Shown piece after piece: positions 26,973 to 37,960 of a stretch of DNA of 64,000 nucleotides. Each line of letters begins with the position of its first letter. The stretch's first letter is position 1. The notes beneath the pieces were generated by a model. The model did not search any database. It saw only the letters and a program-made list of their open reading frames with translations, and was not told where the DNA came from. The stretch is from an uncultured Candidatus Binatia bacterium (GTDB taxonomy: Bacteria; Desulfobacterota; Binatia; UBA9968; JAJDTQ01): assembly GCA_965261895.1 (NCBI GenBank), contig OZ253480.1, forward strand, positions 2,727,788 through 2,791,787, in the 5' to 3' direction. The translations under genes and the position numbers were made by a program.

Positions 26973-28526
26973 ATGGATCGCTTATATTTCACCACGCCGC
27001 TCTACTACGTGAACGCCCAACCGCACCTCGGGCACACCTACACCACCATCATCGCGGACACGCTGAAGCGCTACCACCGGATGCGGGGCAAGGACGTCTA
27101 TCTGCTCACCGGCACGGACGAGCACGGCGACAAGATCGCCCAGGCGGCGGCCGCGGACAACACCGAGCCCAAGGCGTATGCGGACCGGATCAGCGCGCTG
27201 TTCCGGTCCACCTGGGACACCTGCGGCATCGCCTACGACCACTTCATCCGGACCACCGACGACTACCACAAGGCGACGGTCAGCCGGATCCTGCAACACA
27301 TCTACGATGCCGGCGACATCTATTTCGGGGAGTACGGCGGTTACTACTGCTACGGCTGCGAGCGTTTCTACACCGAGAAGGAGCTGCAGGACGGCAAGTG
27401 CCCGGACCACCAGACCGCGGCCACCTACATCGAGGAGAAGAACTACTTCTTCCGCATGAGCAAGTACCAGGACCGCCTGATCGAGCACATCAACGAGGAC
27501 CCCGGCTTCATCACGCCGCAACGGTACCGCACGGAGGTGCTGTCCTTCCTGCGTGAGCCCCTGGAAGACCTGTGCATCTCCCGGCCCAAGAGCCGGCTGG
27601 AGTGGGGTATTCCCTTGCCCTTCGACGGGGACTACGTCACCTACGTGTGGTTCGACGCGCTGATCAACTATGTAAGCGCCGTAGAGATCAAGGGCGCGGA
27701 TTTCTTCAACACCTACTGGCCCTGCGCCAACCACATCATCGCCAAGGACATCCTCAAGCCCCACGGCATCTTCTGGCCCACCATGCTCATGGCCGCGGGG
27801 TTGCCGCTGTACCAGAGGCTCAACGTGCACGGCTACTGGATCATGGACAGCGGCAAGATGTCCAAGAGCCTGGGCAACGTCATCCGCCCGCTCGACATGA
27901 AGGAACGCTACGGCATGGACGCCTTCCGCTACTACCTGCTGCGGGAGATGGTGTTCGGCCAGGACGCGACCTTTTCCCTGGAAGCGTTCGTGAACCGGGT
28001 CAACGCCGACTTGGCCAACAACTTCGGCAACCTGGTGAGCCGCGTCCTCGCCATGCAAAAACGGTATTTCGGCGGGGTCGTTCAACCCATGGGCGACGGC
28101 GCCCGAGCCGAAGACCGGGGATTGAAGGAAGCCTTTCAGACGGCGGCCGCCAACGTGGAAAGGCACATGGAGGAGATGGCCTTCCACCGGGCGCTGGAAT
28201 CGATCTTCGTCGCGCTGGACAAGACGAACCAGTACATCGTGCAGACGGCGCCGTTCACGCTCGTCAAGGAACCGGACCAGAAGGCGCGGGTGGGCGAAAT
28301 CCTGCACCACGTCCTGGAAGGCGTACGTATCACCGGCGAACTGCTGGCGCCCTTCCTCCCGGAGACAGGCTCCGCGGTCCGGAACCTTCTGGGACTCCCC
28401 GCCAGTGACGCGCTCCGGACCGAGTGGGGCGGCTCCTTCCCCGAAGGACACCAGGTCCAACCGCCCGAAATGCTCTTCCCCAGGATCGAGGAAACGGAGA
28501 GCGACGGCGACGGGAGCCCGTCGTAG
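26973..28526 (+). CDS. metG: Methionyl-tRNA synthetase (short form)
   Basis: 517 aa with HLGH (HIGH) and KMSKS motifs. Confidence 0.92.
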   Translation: MDRLYFTTPLYYVNAQPHLGHTYTTIIADTLKRYHRMRGKDVYLLTGTDEHGDKIAQAAAADNTEPKAYADRISALFRSTWDTCGIAYDHFIRTTDDYHKATVSRILQHIYDAGDIYFGEYGGYYCYGCERFYTEKELQDGKCPDHQTAATYIEEKNYFFRMSKYQDRLIEHINEDPGFITPQRYRTEVLSFLREPLEDLCISRPKSRLEWGIPLPFDGDYVTYVWFDALINYVSAVEIKGADFFNTYWPCANHIIAKDILKPHGIFWPTMLMAAGLPLYQRLNVHGYWIMDSGKMSKSLGNVIRPLDMKERYGMDAFRYYLLREMVFGQDATFSLEAFVNRVNADLANNFGNLVSRVLAMQKRYFGGVVQPMGDGARAEDRGLKEAFQTAAANVERHMEEMAFHRALESIFVALDKTNQYIVQTAPFTLVKEPDQKARVGEILHHVLEGVRITGELLAPFLPETGSAVRNLLGLPASDALRTEWGGSFPEGHQVQPPEMLFPRIEETESDGDGSPS

Positions 28527-28529
28527 GAT

Positions 28530-28740
28530 CCCGCTTGGGTACGGGAATGGCACCGACACCCGCATTGTCATTCCCGCGCAAGCGGGAATCCAGGGGTGTG
28601 GAGGGGGCAAACGGGCATGCCTCCCCGCCCCACCCCTCCTGGATTCCCGCTTTCGCGGGAATGACGATTTCGGGGGTCGTTACCTCTCTCGGATGGCGTT
28701 TTGACACACCCTGTTTCGCGGGAATGACCCATGCCGGGCC
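28530..28740. repeat. Cluster of family-2 palindromic repeats (GTCATTCCCGCG-MAAG-CGGGAATCCAGG; ATTCCC-N8-GGGAAT type)
   Basis: Copies at 28567-28594 and 28638-28665, with a half copy at 28713-28728. An approximately 92-bp unit is nearly identical to 55132-55223. Confidence 0.75.
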
Positions 28741-28776
28741 TCGATGGCTTCTCCCTACCAACGACGGGGGTGTGCG

Positions 28777-29592
28777 ATGACTCCCGGCCTCCCACGCCTC
28801 ATCGACACCCACTGCCATATCCAGACCGAGGAGTTCGACGCGGACCGCGATGACGTGCTCGCCCGCGCACAAGAGGCCGGCGTCGACACCCTGATCGTCG
28901 TCGGGGGAGCCGGGGATCTTTCCACCAACGACGCGGCTGTGCGCCTCGCGGAAGCACACGCGAACCTCTACGCCACCGTGGGCATGCACCCGCACGACGC
29001 CAAGGACGTGAGCGCGGAGGCCATGGACCGGTTGCGCGGCCTCGCCGGCCATCCCAAGGTCGTCGCCATCGGTGAGACCGGCCTCGACTTTTACTACGAA
29101 CACTCGCCCCGCCAGGTCCAGAGAGACATGTTCGAGAGATTCGTGGCGTTGGCCGTGGAAACCGGGTTGCCCATCGTGGTCCACAACCGTGAATCGGACC
29201 GCGAGGTGGCGGAGACGATTCGAAACAGGGGCGGCGGAAGCCTGGAGGGGGTGATCCACTGCTTCACCAGCGACGCCGCGGCCGCGCGCACGTTCCTCGA
29301 CCTCGGCTTCTACCTGTCGTTCTCGGGCATCGTCACCTTCAAGACCGCCGAGGCGCTGCGGGACGTCGCCCGTTGGGTTCCTCTGGACCGGCTGCTCATC
29401 GAGACCGACTCGCCGTTCCTGGCGCCTGTTCCCCGGCGGGGCCGGCGCAACGAGCCCGCCTACGTGCGTTTCGTGGCCGAGACCCTGGCCCGGGTCCGGG
29501 GGGTGGGCGTTGACGAAATCGCCGATGCCGCCAGCCGCAACGCCCGGGCGCTGTTTCGGTTGCCGGCCTGCGAGACCACGCGGGAGTCATGA
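28777..29592 (+). CDS. TatD-family metal-dependent hydrolase/DNase
   Basis: ORF 28744..29592. Probable ATG at 28777 (MTPGLPRLIDTHCHI). Confidence 0.85.
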   Translation: MTPGLPRLIDTHCHIQTEEFDADRDDVLARAQEAGVDTLIVVGGAGDLSTNDAAVRLAEAHANLYATVGMHPHDAKDVSAEAMDRLRGLAGHPKVVAIGETGLDFYYEHSPRQVQRDMFERFVALAVETGLPIVVHNRESDREVAETIRNRGGGSLEGVIHCFTSDAAAARTFLDLGFYLSFSGIVTFKTAEALRDVARWVPLDRLLIETDSPFLAPVPRRGRRNEPAYVRFVAETLARVRGVGVDEIADAASRNARALFRLPACETTRES

Positions 29593-30479
29593 TCGACGGC
29601 ACCACGAAACTGCTGGGAGTGCTGGGATGGCCGGTGGAACATTCCATGTCGCCGGTGATGCACAACGCGGCCATCCAGGCCGCAGGCCTGAACGCCTGTT
29701 ACGTCCCCTTCCCGTGTCCGCCCGAGGCTTTGGGCGACGTCATCGCCGGCCTCCGCGGCATGGGGTTCCTCGGCGCCAACGTGACCATCCCGCACAAGCA
29801 GGCGGTCATCGAGCATCTCGATGGGTTGAGCGAGGAATCCCGCTTCACGGGAAGCGTCAACACCCTCTATTGGGAAGGGGACCGGCTGATGGGGACCACC
29901 ACCGACGCCCCGGGCGCCGTGCTGAATCTCCGCCAGGCCGGCATCGAGCTCGACGGCAAGCGAGTCACGATCCTGGGAACCGGCGGCGCGGCCCGGGCGC
30001 TGGCTTTCGTGCTGGTCCGGGGCCATTGCGCGGGCGCGAGCGGCGGGAGGGAGACTTTCCGGCTGCCGGAACTCACCCTACTGGGCCGGGACCCGGGCAA
30101 GGCCGACAGGTTGGCGCGGGACATCGCGGCGGGAAGCGCGGCGGGTACGGCGGTCCGCTCCGGGCTGCTGGCGGATTTCGCAACGCGCGGAAGCGCGGCT
30201 GACCTCATCATCAACTGCACATCGGTGGGCATGACTCCGAGCGTTCAGGGATGCCCCATCGACCCCGCGCTCCTCGAGCCGCGCCACGCCGTCTACGATA
30301 TCGTCTACCAGCCACGTGAAACAGTGCTGCTCAGGGAAGCCAGACGGAAGGGGTGCCGGACCGTGGAGGGCATCGGCATGCTGGTGCACCAGGGAGCCGC
30401 GTCGTTTCGTACCTGGTTCGGCCGTGACCCCGACACAGGGGTCATGTTCGCCGCCCTCGCGGCCTTTGGCTACGGTTGA
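29589..30479 (+). CDS. aroE: Shikimate dehydrogenase
   Basis: 296 aa with the SMSP motif and an NADP-binding GTGGAARA motif. Confidence 0.85.
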   Translation: MIDGTTKLLGVLGWPVEHSMSPVMHNAAIQAAGLNACYVPFPCPPEALGDVIAGLRGMGFLGANVTIPHKQAVIEHLDGLSEESRFTGSVNTLYWEGDRLMGTTTDAPGAVLNLRQAGIELDGKRVTILGTGGAARALAFVLVRGHCAGASGGRETFRLPELTLLGRDPGKADRLARDIAAGSAAGTAVRSGLLADFATRGSAADLIINCTSVGMTPSVQGCPIDPALLEPRHAVYDIVYQPRETVLLREARRKGCRTVEGIGMLVHQGAASFRTWFGRDPDTGVMFAALAAFGYG

Positions 30480-30653
30480 TGGCCGGGGAACGGGACACAT
30501 GGGGAGTCCCGCGCCGTTCAGCAAGACGCTACATGTGGGTGACAGCAATGGTGTCTCGCCCGGCCAATGATTGCTCCCGAATGCCTGCAAGAGCATCTTC
30601 CGGATCTGCGGAAACTCGTCTCGTCCACATCGACCATATACGAGCCGCAGCCT

Positions 30654-31019
30654 TCACCGACCTTCCTCTTCCCCTGTCCCAACATGGCGTATGATGTCCA
30701 TCGAATCGTGCAGGAGCCGGAGGACGTCAATCACAGGCGGCTCCTCTGGTCTGCCGACCCGATACAACACGACGTGCCGGCCTTTCCGCCCCCTGCGCGC
30801 CACGTGCAGTGTCATCAACCCTGCAGCAATTTCATCGCGTCTCCGCGATCCAGGAACCTCCGGCCCCGCCGCCAGCGATTCGATTGCCCAGATCAAGGTC
30901 TCGGCATAGACACGCGCCTGCTCCTCTCCAAACCGTTCGGATGTCCAGCGGAGAATGTTCCGGAAATCGTTTTCTGCCGCCGCTGCCAAACGGACTCGCC
31001 AACGGCCGCCGCTGCCCAT
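30654..31019 (-). CDS. parE: ParE-family type II toxin
   Basis: 121 aa with ParE/RelE-fold blocks (RVRLAAAAENDF...HVVLYRV...IDVLRLLHDSMD). The ATG overlaps the parD stop (TAATG). Confidence 0.8.
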   Translation of the reverse strand: MGSGGRWRVRLAAAAENDFRNILRWTSERFGEEQARVYAETLIWAIESLAAGPEVPGSRRRDEIAAGLMTLHVARRGRKGRHVVLYRVGRPEEPPVIDVLRLLHDSMDIIRHVGTGEEEGR

Positions 31020-31321
31020 TACGTCCTGTCGTCGTTGGATGAACTGCCGCCGAGCGTTTCGGCGGTAAGGGCGGACAGGCTCTCGCGCAGTGCCTCGGCC
31101 GCATCGAACGACCGATAGCGTCCCGCCGCAATATCGGCGATGCCGGCCTCTGCGGCTTCGCGCATGACCTTGAGGCGGATCTCGTCCGCCGCCTCCTGAC
31201 GCTCTATCAGCCTGAGACCTTCACGCATCACTTCGCTCGCATTCTGATAACGACCGGAGTTGACCAGCCTCGCGACCAGGGCCGCCAGATGATCCGAAAG
31301 AACCACGTTGCGCGTCGGCAT
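31019..31321 (-). CDS. parD: ParD-family (RHH) type II antitoxin
   Basis: 100 aa with the family start MPTRNVVLSDHLAALVARLVNSGRYQNASEVMREGLRLI. Confidence 0.8.
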   Translation of the reverse strand: MPTRNVVLSDHLAALVARLVNSGRYQNASEVMREGLRLIERQEAADEIRLKVMREAAEAGIADIAAGRYRSFDAAEALRESLSALTAETLGGSSSNDDRT

Positions 31322-31348
31322 GATCGATTCTCCTTTGCAGGTCTATAT

Positions 31349-31363
31349 TGGCATAATATGCCA
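31349..31363 (-). promoter_or_regulatory. Candidate ParD operator palindrome TGGCAT-AAT-ATGCCA just upstream of parD
   Basis: Perfect 6-bp inverted repeat 28 bp upstream of the parD start, within an AT-rich promoter-like stretch. Confidence 0.4.
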
Positions 31364-31454
31364 TTCCTGCCTGCCATGCAACGCTTTGGCTAGGCCGTTT
31401 TGCAAGAGGTCAGGTTATATATTTCTTGAAACAATTCACAAACTGACCGACAGC

Positions 31455-31488
31455 AAAAAAAGGGGAGGACCGAAGTCCTCCCCTTTTG
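31455..31488 (-). terminator. Rho-independent terminator of groEL (hairpin AGGGGAGGAC-CGAA-GTCCTCCCCT flanked by an A7 run and a T-run)
   Basis: GC-rich perfect stem 31461-31484. On the minus strand it is followed by TTTTTTT, 30 nt after the groEL stop. Confidence 0.85.
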
Positions 31489-31520
31489 GTTATCAGCTCG
31501 GATTTGAGCTTCAACGACGC

Positions 31521-33152
<1,632 letters not shown>

Positions 33153-33443
33153 CTATTCGACGATCCCGAGGATATCGTCTTCCCTCATGATGAGATGCTC
33201 GTCCCCGTCCAGTTCAATCTCCGTGCCGGAATACTTCCCGAACAGGACCTTGTCCCCTGCCTTGACGTCGAGAGCCAACACCTTGCCGTCCTCGCGCTTG
33301 CCCGAACCCACCGCCACCACCATGCCTTCCTGAGGCTTTTCCTTCGCCGCGTCGGGGATGATGATACCGCCCGCCGTCGTCTCCTCCTCGTCGACCCTCT
33401 TGACGATGATCCTGTCGTGCAAAGGCTTCACTTTTGCCGCCAT
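33153..33443 (-). CDS. groES: Co-chaperonin GroES
   Basis: 96 aa with a canonical GroES sequence ([11 protein letters not shown]...GGIIIPD). Confidence 0.95.
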   Translation of the reverse strand: MAAKVKPLHDRIIVKRVDEEETTAGGIIIPDAAKEKPQEGMVVAVGSGKREDGKVLALDVKAGDKVLFGKYSGTEIELDGDEHLIMREDDILGIVE

Positions 33444-33648
33444 AAGAACCTCCCTTTAAGAGTTTAGTGATAGGATTTAACCGAAATCTAAGCACGATTT
33501 GCCCGCAGTCAAGGGGGCGGCCGGGTGCAACCCGTTTGGAGAACGTTTTTGCGGGCCAAATCGTGGACCGAAATTGGCCAAGGCGGCAAAACCGCGTATA
33601 CTGTGTTCGATTTCATGATCGGTCTCATCACCTTGGTCTGGTGGCTAC

Positions 33649-33669
33649 GGGCGGGTTTGAAACCCGCCC
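33649..33669. repeat. Solo core palindrome GGGCGGGTTTGAAACCCGCCC
   Basis: Perfect 21-bp inverted repeat followed by CTACAC, 20 bp upstream of the GST start. Confidence 0.8.
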
Positions 33670-33689
33670 CTACACGGAGGTAACGCAAC

Positions 33690-34310
33690 GTGTTGAAAAT
33701 ATGGGGAAGAAAGACTTCATCCAACGTACAGAAGGTCCTTTGGTGCTGCGGAGAGCTGGAAATTCCGTTCGAGCGCGTGGACCTGGGCGGAGAGTTCGGT
33801 GGGAACAGGGAGCAGCCCTACCTGGACCTGAACCCCAACGGCGTGGTCCCGACCATCGAAGACGGCGACTTCGTCCTGTGGGAGTCCAACAGCATCGTCC
33901 GGTACCTGATCAACAAGTACAACGGCGGCAAGCTCGTCCCCGGCACTCCCGAGGGGCGGGGCAATGCCAACCGCTGGATGGACTGGCAGTTGACCACCCT
34001 GAACACGTTCATGGTGCCGATCTTCTTCGGCATCGTCCGGACCCCGGAAGCCGAACGTGACCCCGCCGCCATCGAGAAGGCGGTGGCGGCAGCGGTGCCC
34101 AAGTGGGAGATGGTCGAGCGTTACCTGGAAGGCCAGAGCTACCTGGCCGGTGATTCCTTCACCATCGGCGACATCCCCGTCGGTATCTGGGCCTACCGCT
34201 GGTTCACCATGCCGATCCAGCGCCCCTCGATGCCCAACGTGGAGGCATGGTACGCGCGCCTGTGCGAGCGCCCGCCTTACAAGGAGCACATCATGATCCC
34301 GCTTTCCTGA
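33690..34310 (+). CDS. Glutathione S-transferase
   Basis: 206 aa with GST N- and C-domains. GTG start. Confidence 0.8.
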   Translation: MLKIWGRKTSSNVQKVLWCCGELEIPFERVDLGGEFGGNREQPYLDLNPNGVVPTIEDGDFVLWESNSIVRYLINKYNGGKLVPGTPEGRGNANRWMDWQLTTLNTFMVPIFFGIVRTPEAERDPAAIEKAVAAAVPKWEMVERYLEGQSYLAGDSFTIGDIPVGIWAYRWFTMPIQRPSMPNVEAWYARLCERPPYKEHIMIPLS

Positions 34311-34316
34311 GCGGGA

Positions 34317-35153
34317 TCATGGCCCCGGTTCCGTCCCGCCCTCGTTCAGAAAGGCCTTGCGGTGGGAGAGCGCCGGCAGCCTGCGCCGCACGTTTTCCAG
34401 GTAGTCGAGGTCGATGGGGGCCAGGACCAAGCCCGGCTCGGTGTCGGCTTCGGCGATGACCTTGCCCCATGGGTCGACGATCATGGAGTGTCCGTAGGCC
34501 GACATGCTGGCCGGATGCTCGCCGGTCTGGTCCGGGGCAATGATGTACACTTGGTTCTCGATGGCGCGGGCGCGCAGCAGCGTTTCCCAGTGTGCCCGGC
34601 CCGTGGGGACCGTGAACACGGACGGCACGAAGATGACCTTGGCGCCGGCGGCGGAGAGCTGGCGGTAGAGCTCGGGGAAGCGCAGGTCGTAGCACACGGA
34701 AAGCCCCATGGGACACAGAGGGGTGTCCGCGACCACGACAGCGTCGCCGGGCCGGCGAAACTCGGATTCGCGGATTGGCGCTTCGCCCTCGATATCGACG
34801 TCGAACAGGTGGATTTTCCGGTACTTGGCGATGATCCCCGTTCCCGGGCGGATGAGCACGCTGGTGTTGAAGGCCCGGCCCGCCGAATCGGAGACTTCCA
34901 GAATCGACCCCGCCAGCACGTACAACCCAAGCTCGGCTGCCAGGGCAGTCATGCGCTCCGTCGAAGGCCCGGGCACCGGTTCGGCATTCGTCGCGGTGTC
35001 CTTGCCGCGCCCGCGCCAGTTGAACACCTCCGGCAGGACCACCAGTTGGGCGCCTTCGGCGTGCGCCCGGCGAATCCACCCTTCGGCTTCGCGAAGATTG
35101 GCTTCCTTATCCGATGTGGCCAGCATCTGGACCGCTGCGGCGAGAAATTGCAT
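34317..35153 (-). CDS. Carbon-nitrogen hydrolase (nitrilase superfamily)
   Basis: ORF 34317..35270. Probable ATG at 35153 (MQFLAAAVQM). Catalytic E-K-C context (VLPE...KIHLFD...SVCYD). Confidence 0.8.
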   Translation of the reverse strand: MQFLAAAVQMLATSDKEANLREAEGWIRRAHAEGAQLVVLPEVFNWRGRGKDTATNAEPVPGPSTERMTALAAELGLYVLAGSILEVSDSAGRAFNTSVLIRPGTGIIAKYRKIHLFDVDIEGEAPIRESEFRRPGDAVVVADTPLCPMGLSVCYDLRFPELYRQLSAAGAKVIFVPSVFTVPTGRAHWETLLRARAIENQVYIIAPDQTGEHPASMSAYGHSMIVDPWGKVIAEADTEPGLVLAPIDLDYLENVRRRLPALSHRKAFLNEGGTEPGP

Positions 35154-35378
35154 GGATTCTCTCCAACGACGCGAGAACACCGGGCGGCGCACAAACAGGG
35201 CTCTAAAACACGATAACAACACGCCGGCGTTTTTGAAACGCCCGAGCTCGTCCCCTGAACAGGGGTTCATACGGACTCGGTGTCTTCGGCTTCGACGGCC
35301 CGCGGCCGAAAAAGCCGTTCACGGAAGCATGACAATCCGATAAAAAAGTGCATATATGTGTGCAGCGGGGAGTTCTCA

Positions 35379-35566
35379 GTGGAAGCCAGGGCCGACCGCA
35401 TCAGGAGCCGGTTGGAAAAGGATGGATGGTTTCTGGCGCGTCACGGATCTGGCCATGACGTTTATAGGCACCCCGTATCAAGGGAATCATTACCCTTCCG
35501 CGGCACAAGACATTGTCACCCGGCGTCGTCCGCTCCATCGCAAGAAAGGCTGGATGGCCGGAATGA
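35379..35566 (+). pseudogene. hicA: hicA-like toxin gene interrupted by a frameshift (N-part in frame with hicB, C-part in the -1 frame)
   Basis: From GTG 35379, frame A gives RIRSRLEKDGWFLARHGSGHDVYRHP. Around 35475-35490 the HicA-like C-terminus continues in another frame (ITLPRHKTLSPGVVRSIARKAGWPE, stop 35564-35566). A possible homopolymer sequencing error cannot be excluded. Confidence 0.55.
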
Positions 35567-35591
35567 CGGAACGCGAAAGGAAACCCACAGG

Positions 35592-35978
35592 ATGGCACGA
35601 TATCCCGCGCTGATCGACGGCAAGAAAGGCGCCTACGGCGTTGCGTTTCCCGACCTGCCCGGTATCGTCGCCATGGGGAAGACCATTGACGAGGCAATGG
35701 TCAACGCCGAGGAAGCGCTTCGCGACTACGCGACCGAGGCGCTCAAGGACGGTGAAAAGATTACCCCGCCGAGCGACCTGGAGCGAGTGGAAACGCGGGC
35801 GGGACAGGCTCTCGTATCCGTTCCGCTAATCCGTCTTTCGGGCCGGAGCGTCCGCACCCATATGACGCTGGACGAGGGGGTCGCTGCCTTCATCGATGGC
35901 GAGGCGCGAAGGCGCGGCATGACCCGCACCGCGTACGTCGAGTGGATGGCGCGCCGCGTTGCGGAAATGGGCGGCTGA
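35592..35978 (+). CDS. hicB: HicB-family antitoxin
   Basis: 128 aa with an N-terminal UPF0150/HicB block (YPALIDGKKGAYGVAFPDLPGIVAMGKTIDEAMVNAEEAL) and a C-terminal RHH-like DNA-binding tail. Confidence 0.75.
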   Translation: MARYPALIDGKKGAYGVAFPDLPGIVAMGKTIDEAMVNAEEALRDYATEALKDGEKITPPSDLERVETRAGQALVSVPLIRLSGRSVRTHMTLDEGVAAFIDGEARRRGMTRTAYVEWMARRVAEMGG

Positions 35979-36016
35979 ATTTTCCAGACTACGCACAATG
36001 ATGATAATATAGGGCC

Positions 36017-36298
36017 ATGGCAGGAAAGACGTCAGCGAAGGACAACCGTCAGGAGAACCTGTTCCGGGAGCTTCGGAGCTTTGCGGAACAGTGCGGCATC
36101 GAGGTCCGGTGCGAGAAGTTGCCGCGCGACTTAGGCTATCGCGTGCGTAGCGGCGGTTGCACGGTCAGAGGAAAGAAGTGGGTGATCGTGGACCGGACGC
36201 TCCCGGCCCGTGACCGGCTGGATCTGCTGGCCGACGAAATCAGGGAGTCGGTGAACGGGGAGTTGGAGATACCTGCCAGCCTTCGACCGTTCCTCTAG
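36017..36298 (+). CDS. Hypothetical protein (93 aa)
   Basis: ORF only; no recognisable motif. Confidence 0.35.
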   Translation: MAGKTSAKDNRQENLFRELRSFAEQCGIEVRCEKLPRDLGYRVRSGGCTVRGKKWVIVDRTLPARDRLDLLADEIRESVNGELEIPASLRPFL

Positions 36299-36328
36299 AG
36301 GTCATTCTCCCCTGCGGGTGCGGGCACG

Positions 36329-36437
36329 GGCGGGTTTGAAACCCGCCCCTACAACAGCCCGACCGAACGAATGCGAAGGGACCTTCGCCCGACGAGCCGT
36401 TGCCGTCGGTGACCCCCTACAACAGCCCGACCGAACA
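36329..36437. repeat. Solo core palindrome (36329-36349) plus direct repeat CCCCTACAACAGCCCGACCGAAC (36347-36369 and 36415-36437) downstream of nuoN
   Basis: Seen directly; it lies in the region between convergent genes. Confidence 0.7.
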
Positions 36438-36469
36438 CCGAGGGACCACCGGAGTGGTTCCGGCCACGC

Positions 36470-37954
36470 CTATTTCATGAAGAATACCAGCGAGCCGCTG
36501 GTATAGTCGAGCAACGGCCCCCAATACACTCCCAGCACCACGGTCAGCACCATGAGGGCACCGAGCAGCGGCACCGCGCTCGCGGTCGCGGCCACTGGAC
36601 CGTCCTCGGGAGTGGGGGCGTCCAGGAACATGGTCCGGACGATCCGCACGTAATAGTACAGCGAGATGACCGTGTTGATGAGCGCCACCACCGCGAGGAC
36701 GTAGAACTCGGCATTGATGATGGCGGCGAAGAGCAGAAACTTGCCGATGAAACCCGCGAAGGGCGGCAGGCCAGTGAGGGAGAAGAGGAACGCCCCCATG
36801 CAGATGGCCGGGAACGCGGCGCCCCGCCAGGCCAGCCCGCGGTAGGCCTCCAAGTCCTCGCGGCCGGTGGCGTTGGCCACCACCATGACCACCAGGAAGG
36901 CGCCCAGGTTCATGATCAGGTAGACCACCACGTAGAAGAGCATGGCGGTCAGCCCGTCGTTGTTCAGCACCACCAGACCCATCATGATGTAGCCCGCGTG
37001 GGCGATGCCGGAATAGGCCAGCAGGCGCTTGACGTTGTTCTGGTTGAGGGCCGAGAGGTTGCCCCAGGTCATGGTGATGATGCTGAGGGCCACCAGCACA
37101 TCCGTCCACTGGAGCGCGGGAAACGCCTGGAACGTCCAGCTCCCATCCGGTCCGAGGGTGGACACCGCGGGGTAGAAGAAGCGGATCAGGATGGCGACGC
37201 CGGCAGCGTTGGAGGCCACCGAAAGAAATCCGGTGAAGGGCGTCGGCGCCCCCTGGTACACGTCCGGCGACCACATGTGGAACGGCGCGAAGGCCATCTT
37301 GTAGCCGAAGCCGGCCAGGATGAAAATGAAGGCGATGAACAACCCTGTCTGGTTGCCGCTCCCTTGAACCATGGCCGCGTTGATGGCCGCGTAGTCGAGG
37401 CTGCCGGCCATGCCGAACACCCAGCTCATGCCGTAGATCATGGTGCCGGACGCGACCCCGCCGTAGATGAGATACTTGAGCGCCGCCTCCGCCGAGCGCC
37501 GGTTGTGCGGCAGCATGCCGGTCAGGATGTAGGACGTCAGGCTCACCAGCTCCAGGCCCAGGTAGGCCATCAGCAGGTTGCTGGCCGAGGCCATGAAGAA
37601 CATCCCCAGTCCGCAGGTCAAGAGCACGATATAGTACTCGCCCAGGTGCACCTGCCGGACCTCGCCGGATCCGATGGACATCCAGATGGCCGCCAGCAAC
37701 GCTGCCAGCGTGATCACCTTGAAGAACAGGCTGAAGTTGTCCAACGCCACCATGCGGTGGAACAGCAACGCCGGAGGCGTCCCGTAGAGTTCCAGGGCAG
37801 CGATCAGGGCGACGGCGCATCCGGCCAGACCCACGTACGCCAGCAGCCGCTTGTTGGCCACCAACAGGTCCAGGATCGTCAGCAGGATGATTGTTCCCGC
37901 GAGGACGATTTCCGGATGGAACAGCTTGATGCTTGCGAGGTTACCGAGGTCCAT
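36470..37954 (-). CDS. nuoN: NADH-quinone oxidoreductase subunit N
   Basis: 494 aa polytopic protein with a NuoN/ND2 signature. Confidence 0.9.
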   Translation of the reverse strand: MDLGNLASIKLFHPEIVLAGTIILLTILDLLVANKRLLAYVGLAGCAVALIAALELYGTPPALLFHRMVALDNFSLFFKVITLAALLAAIWMSIGSGEVRQVHLGEYYIVLLTCGLGMFFMASASNLLMAYLGLELVSLTSYILTGMLPHNRRSAEAALKYLIYGGVASGTMIYGMSWVFGMAGSLDYAAINAAMVQGSGNQTGLFIAFIFILAGFGYKMAFAPFHMWSPDVYQGAPTPFTGFLSVASNAAGVAILIRFFYPAVSTLGPDGSWTFQAFPALQWTDVLVALSIITMTWGNLSALNQNNVKRLLAYSGIAHAGYIMMGLVVLNNDGLTAMLFYVVVYLIMNLGAFLVVMVVANATGREDLEAYRGLAWRGAAFPAICMGAFLFSLTGLPPFAGFIGKFLLFAAIINAEFYVLAVVALINTVISLYYYVRIVRTMFLDAPTPEDGPVAATASAVPLLGALMVLTVVLGVYWGPLLDYTSGSLVFFMK

Positions 37955-37960
37955 ATTGTG

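Noticed and set aside
28330-29259. 309-aa minus-strand ORF and small ORFs 28405..28795 and 55022..55354
   Set aside because: They translate the family-2 repeat clusters (IPAKAGIQ / DSRFRGNDD / HSRESGNPG peptides) or run antisense to tatD.
33444-33690. CIRCE/HrcA operator upstream of groES
   Set aside because: I looked for TTAGCACTC-N9-GAGTGCTAA and found no convincing match. The region contains the generic core palindrome instead, so the heat-shock regulation mode is undetermined.
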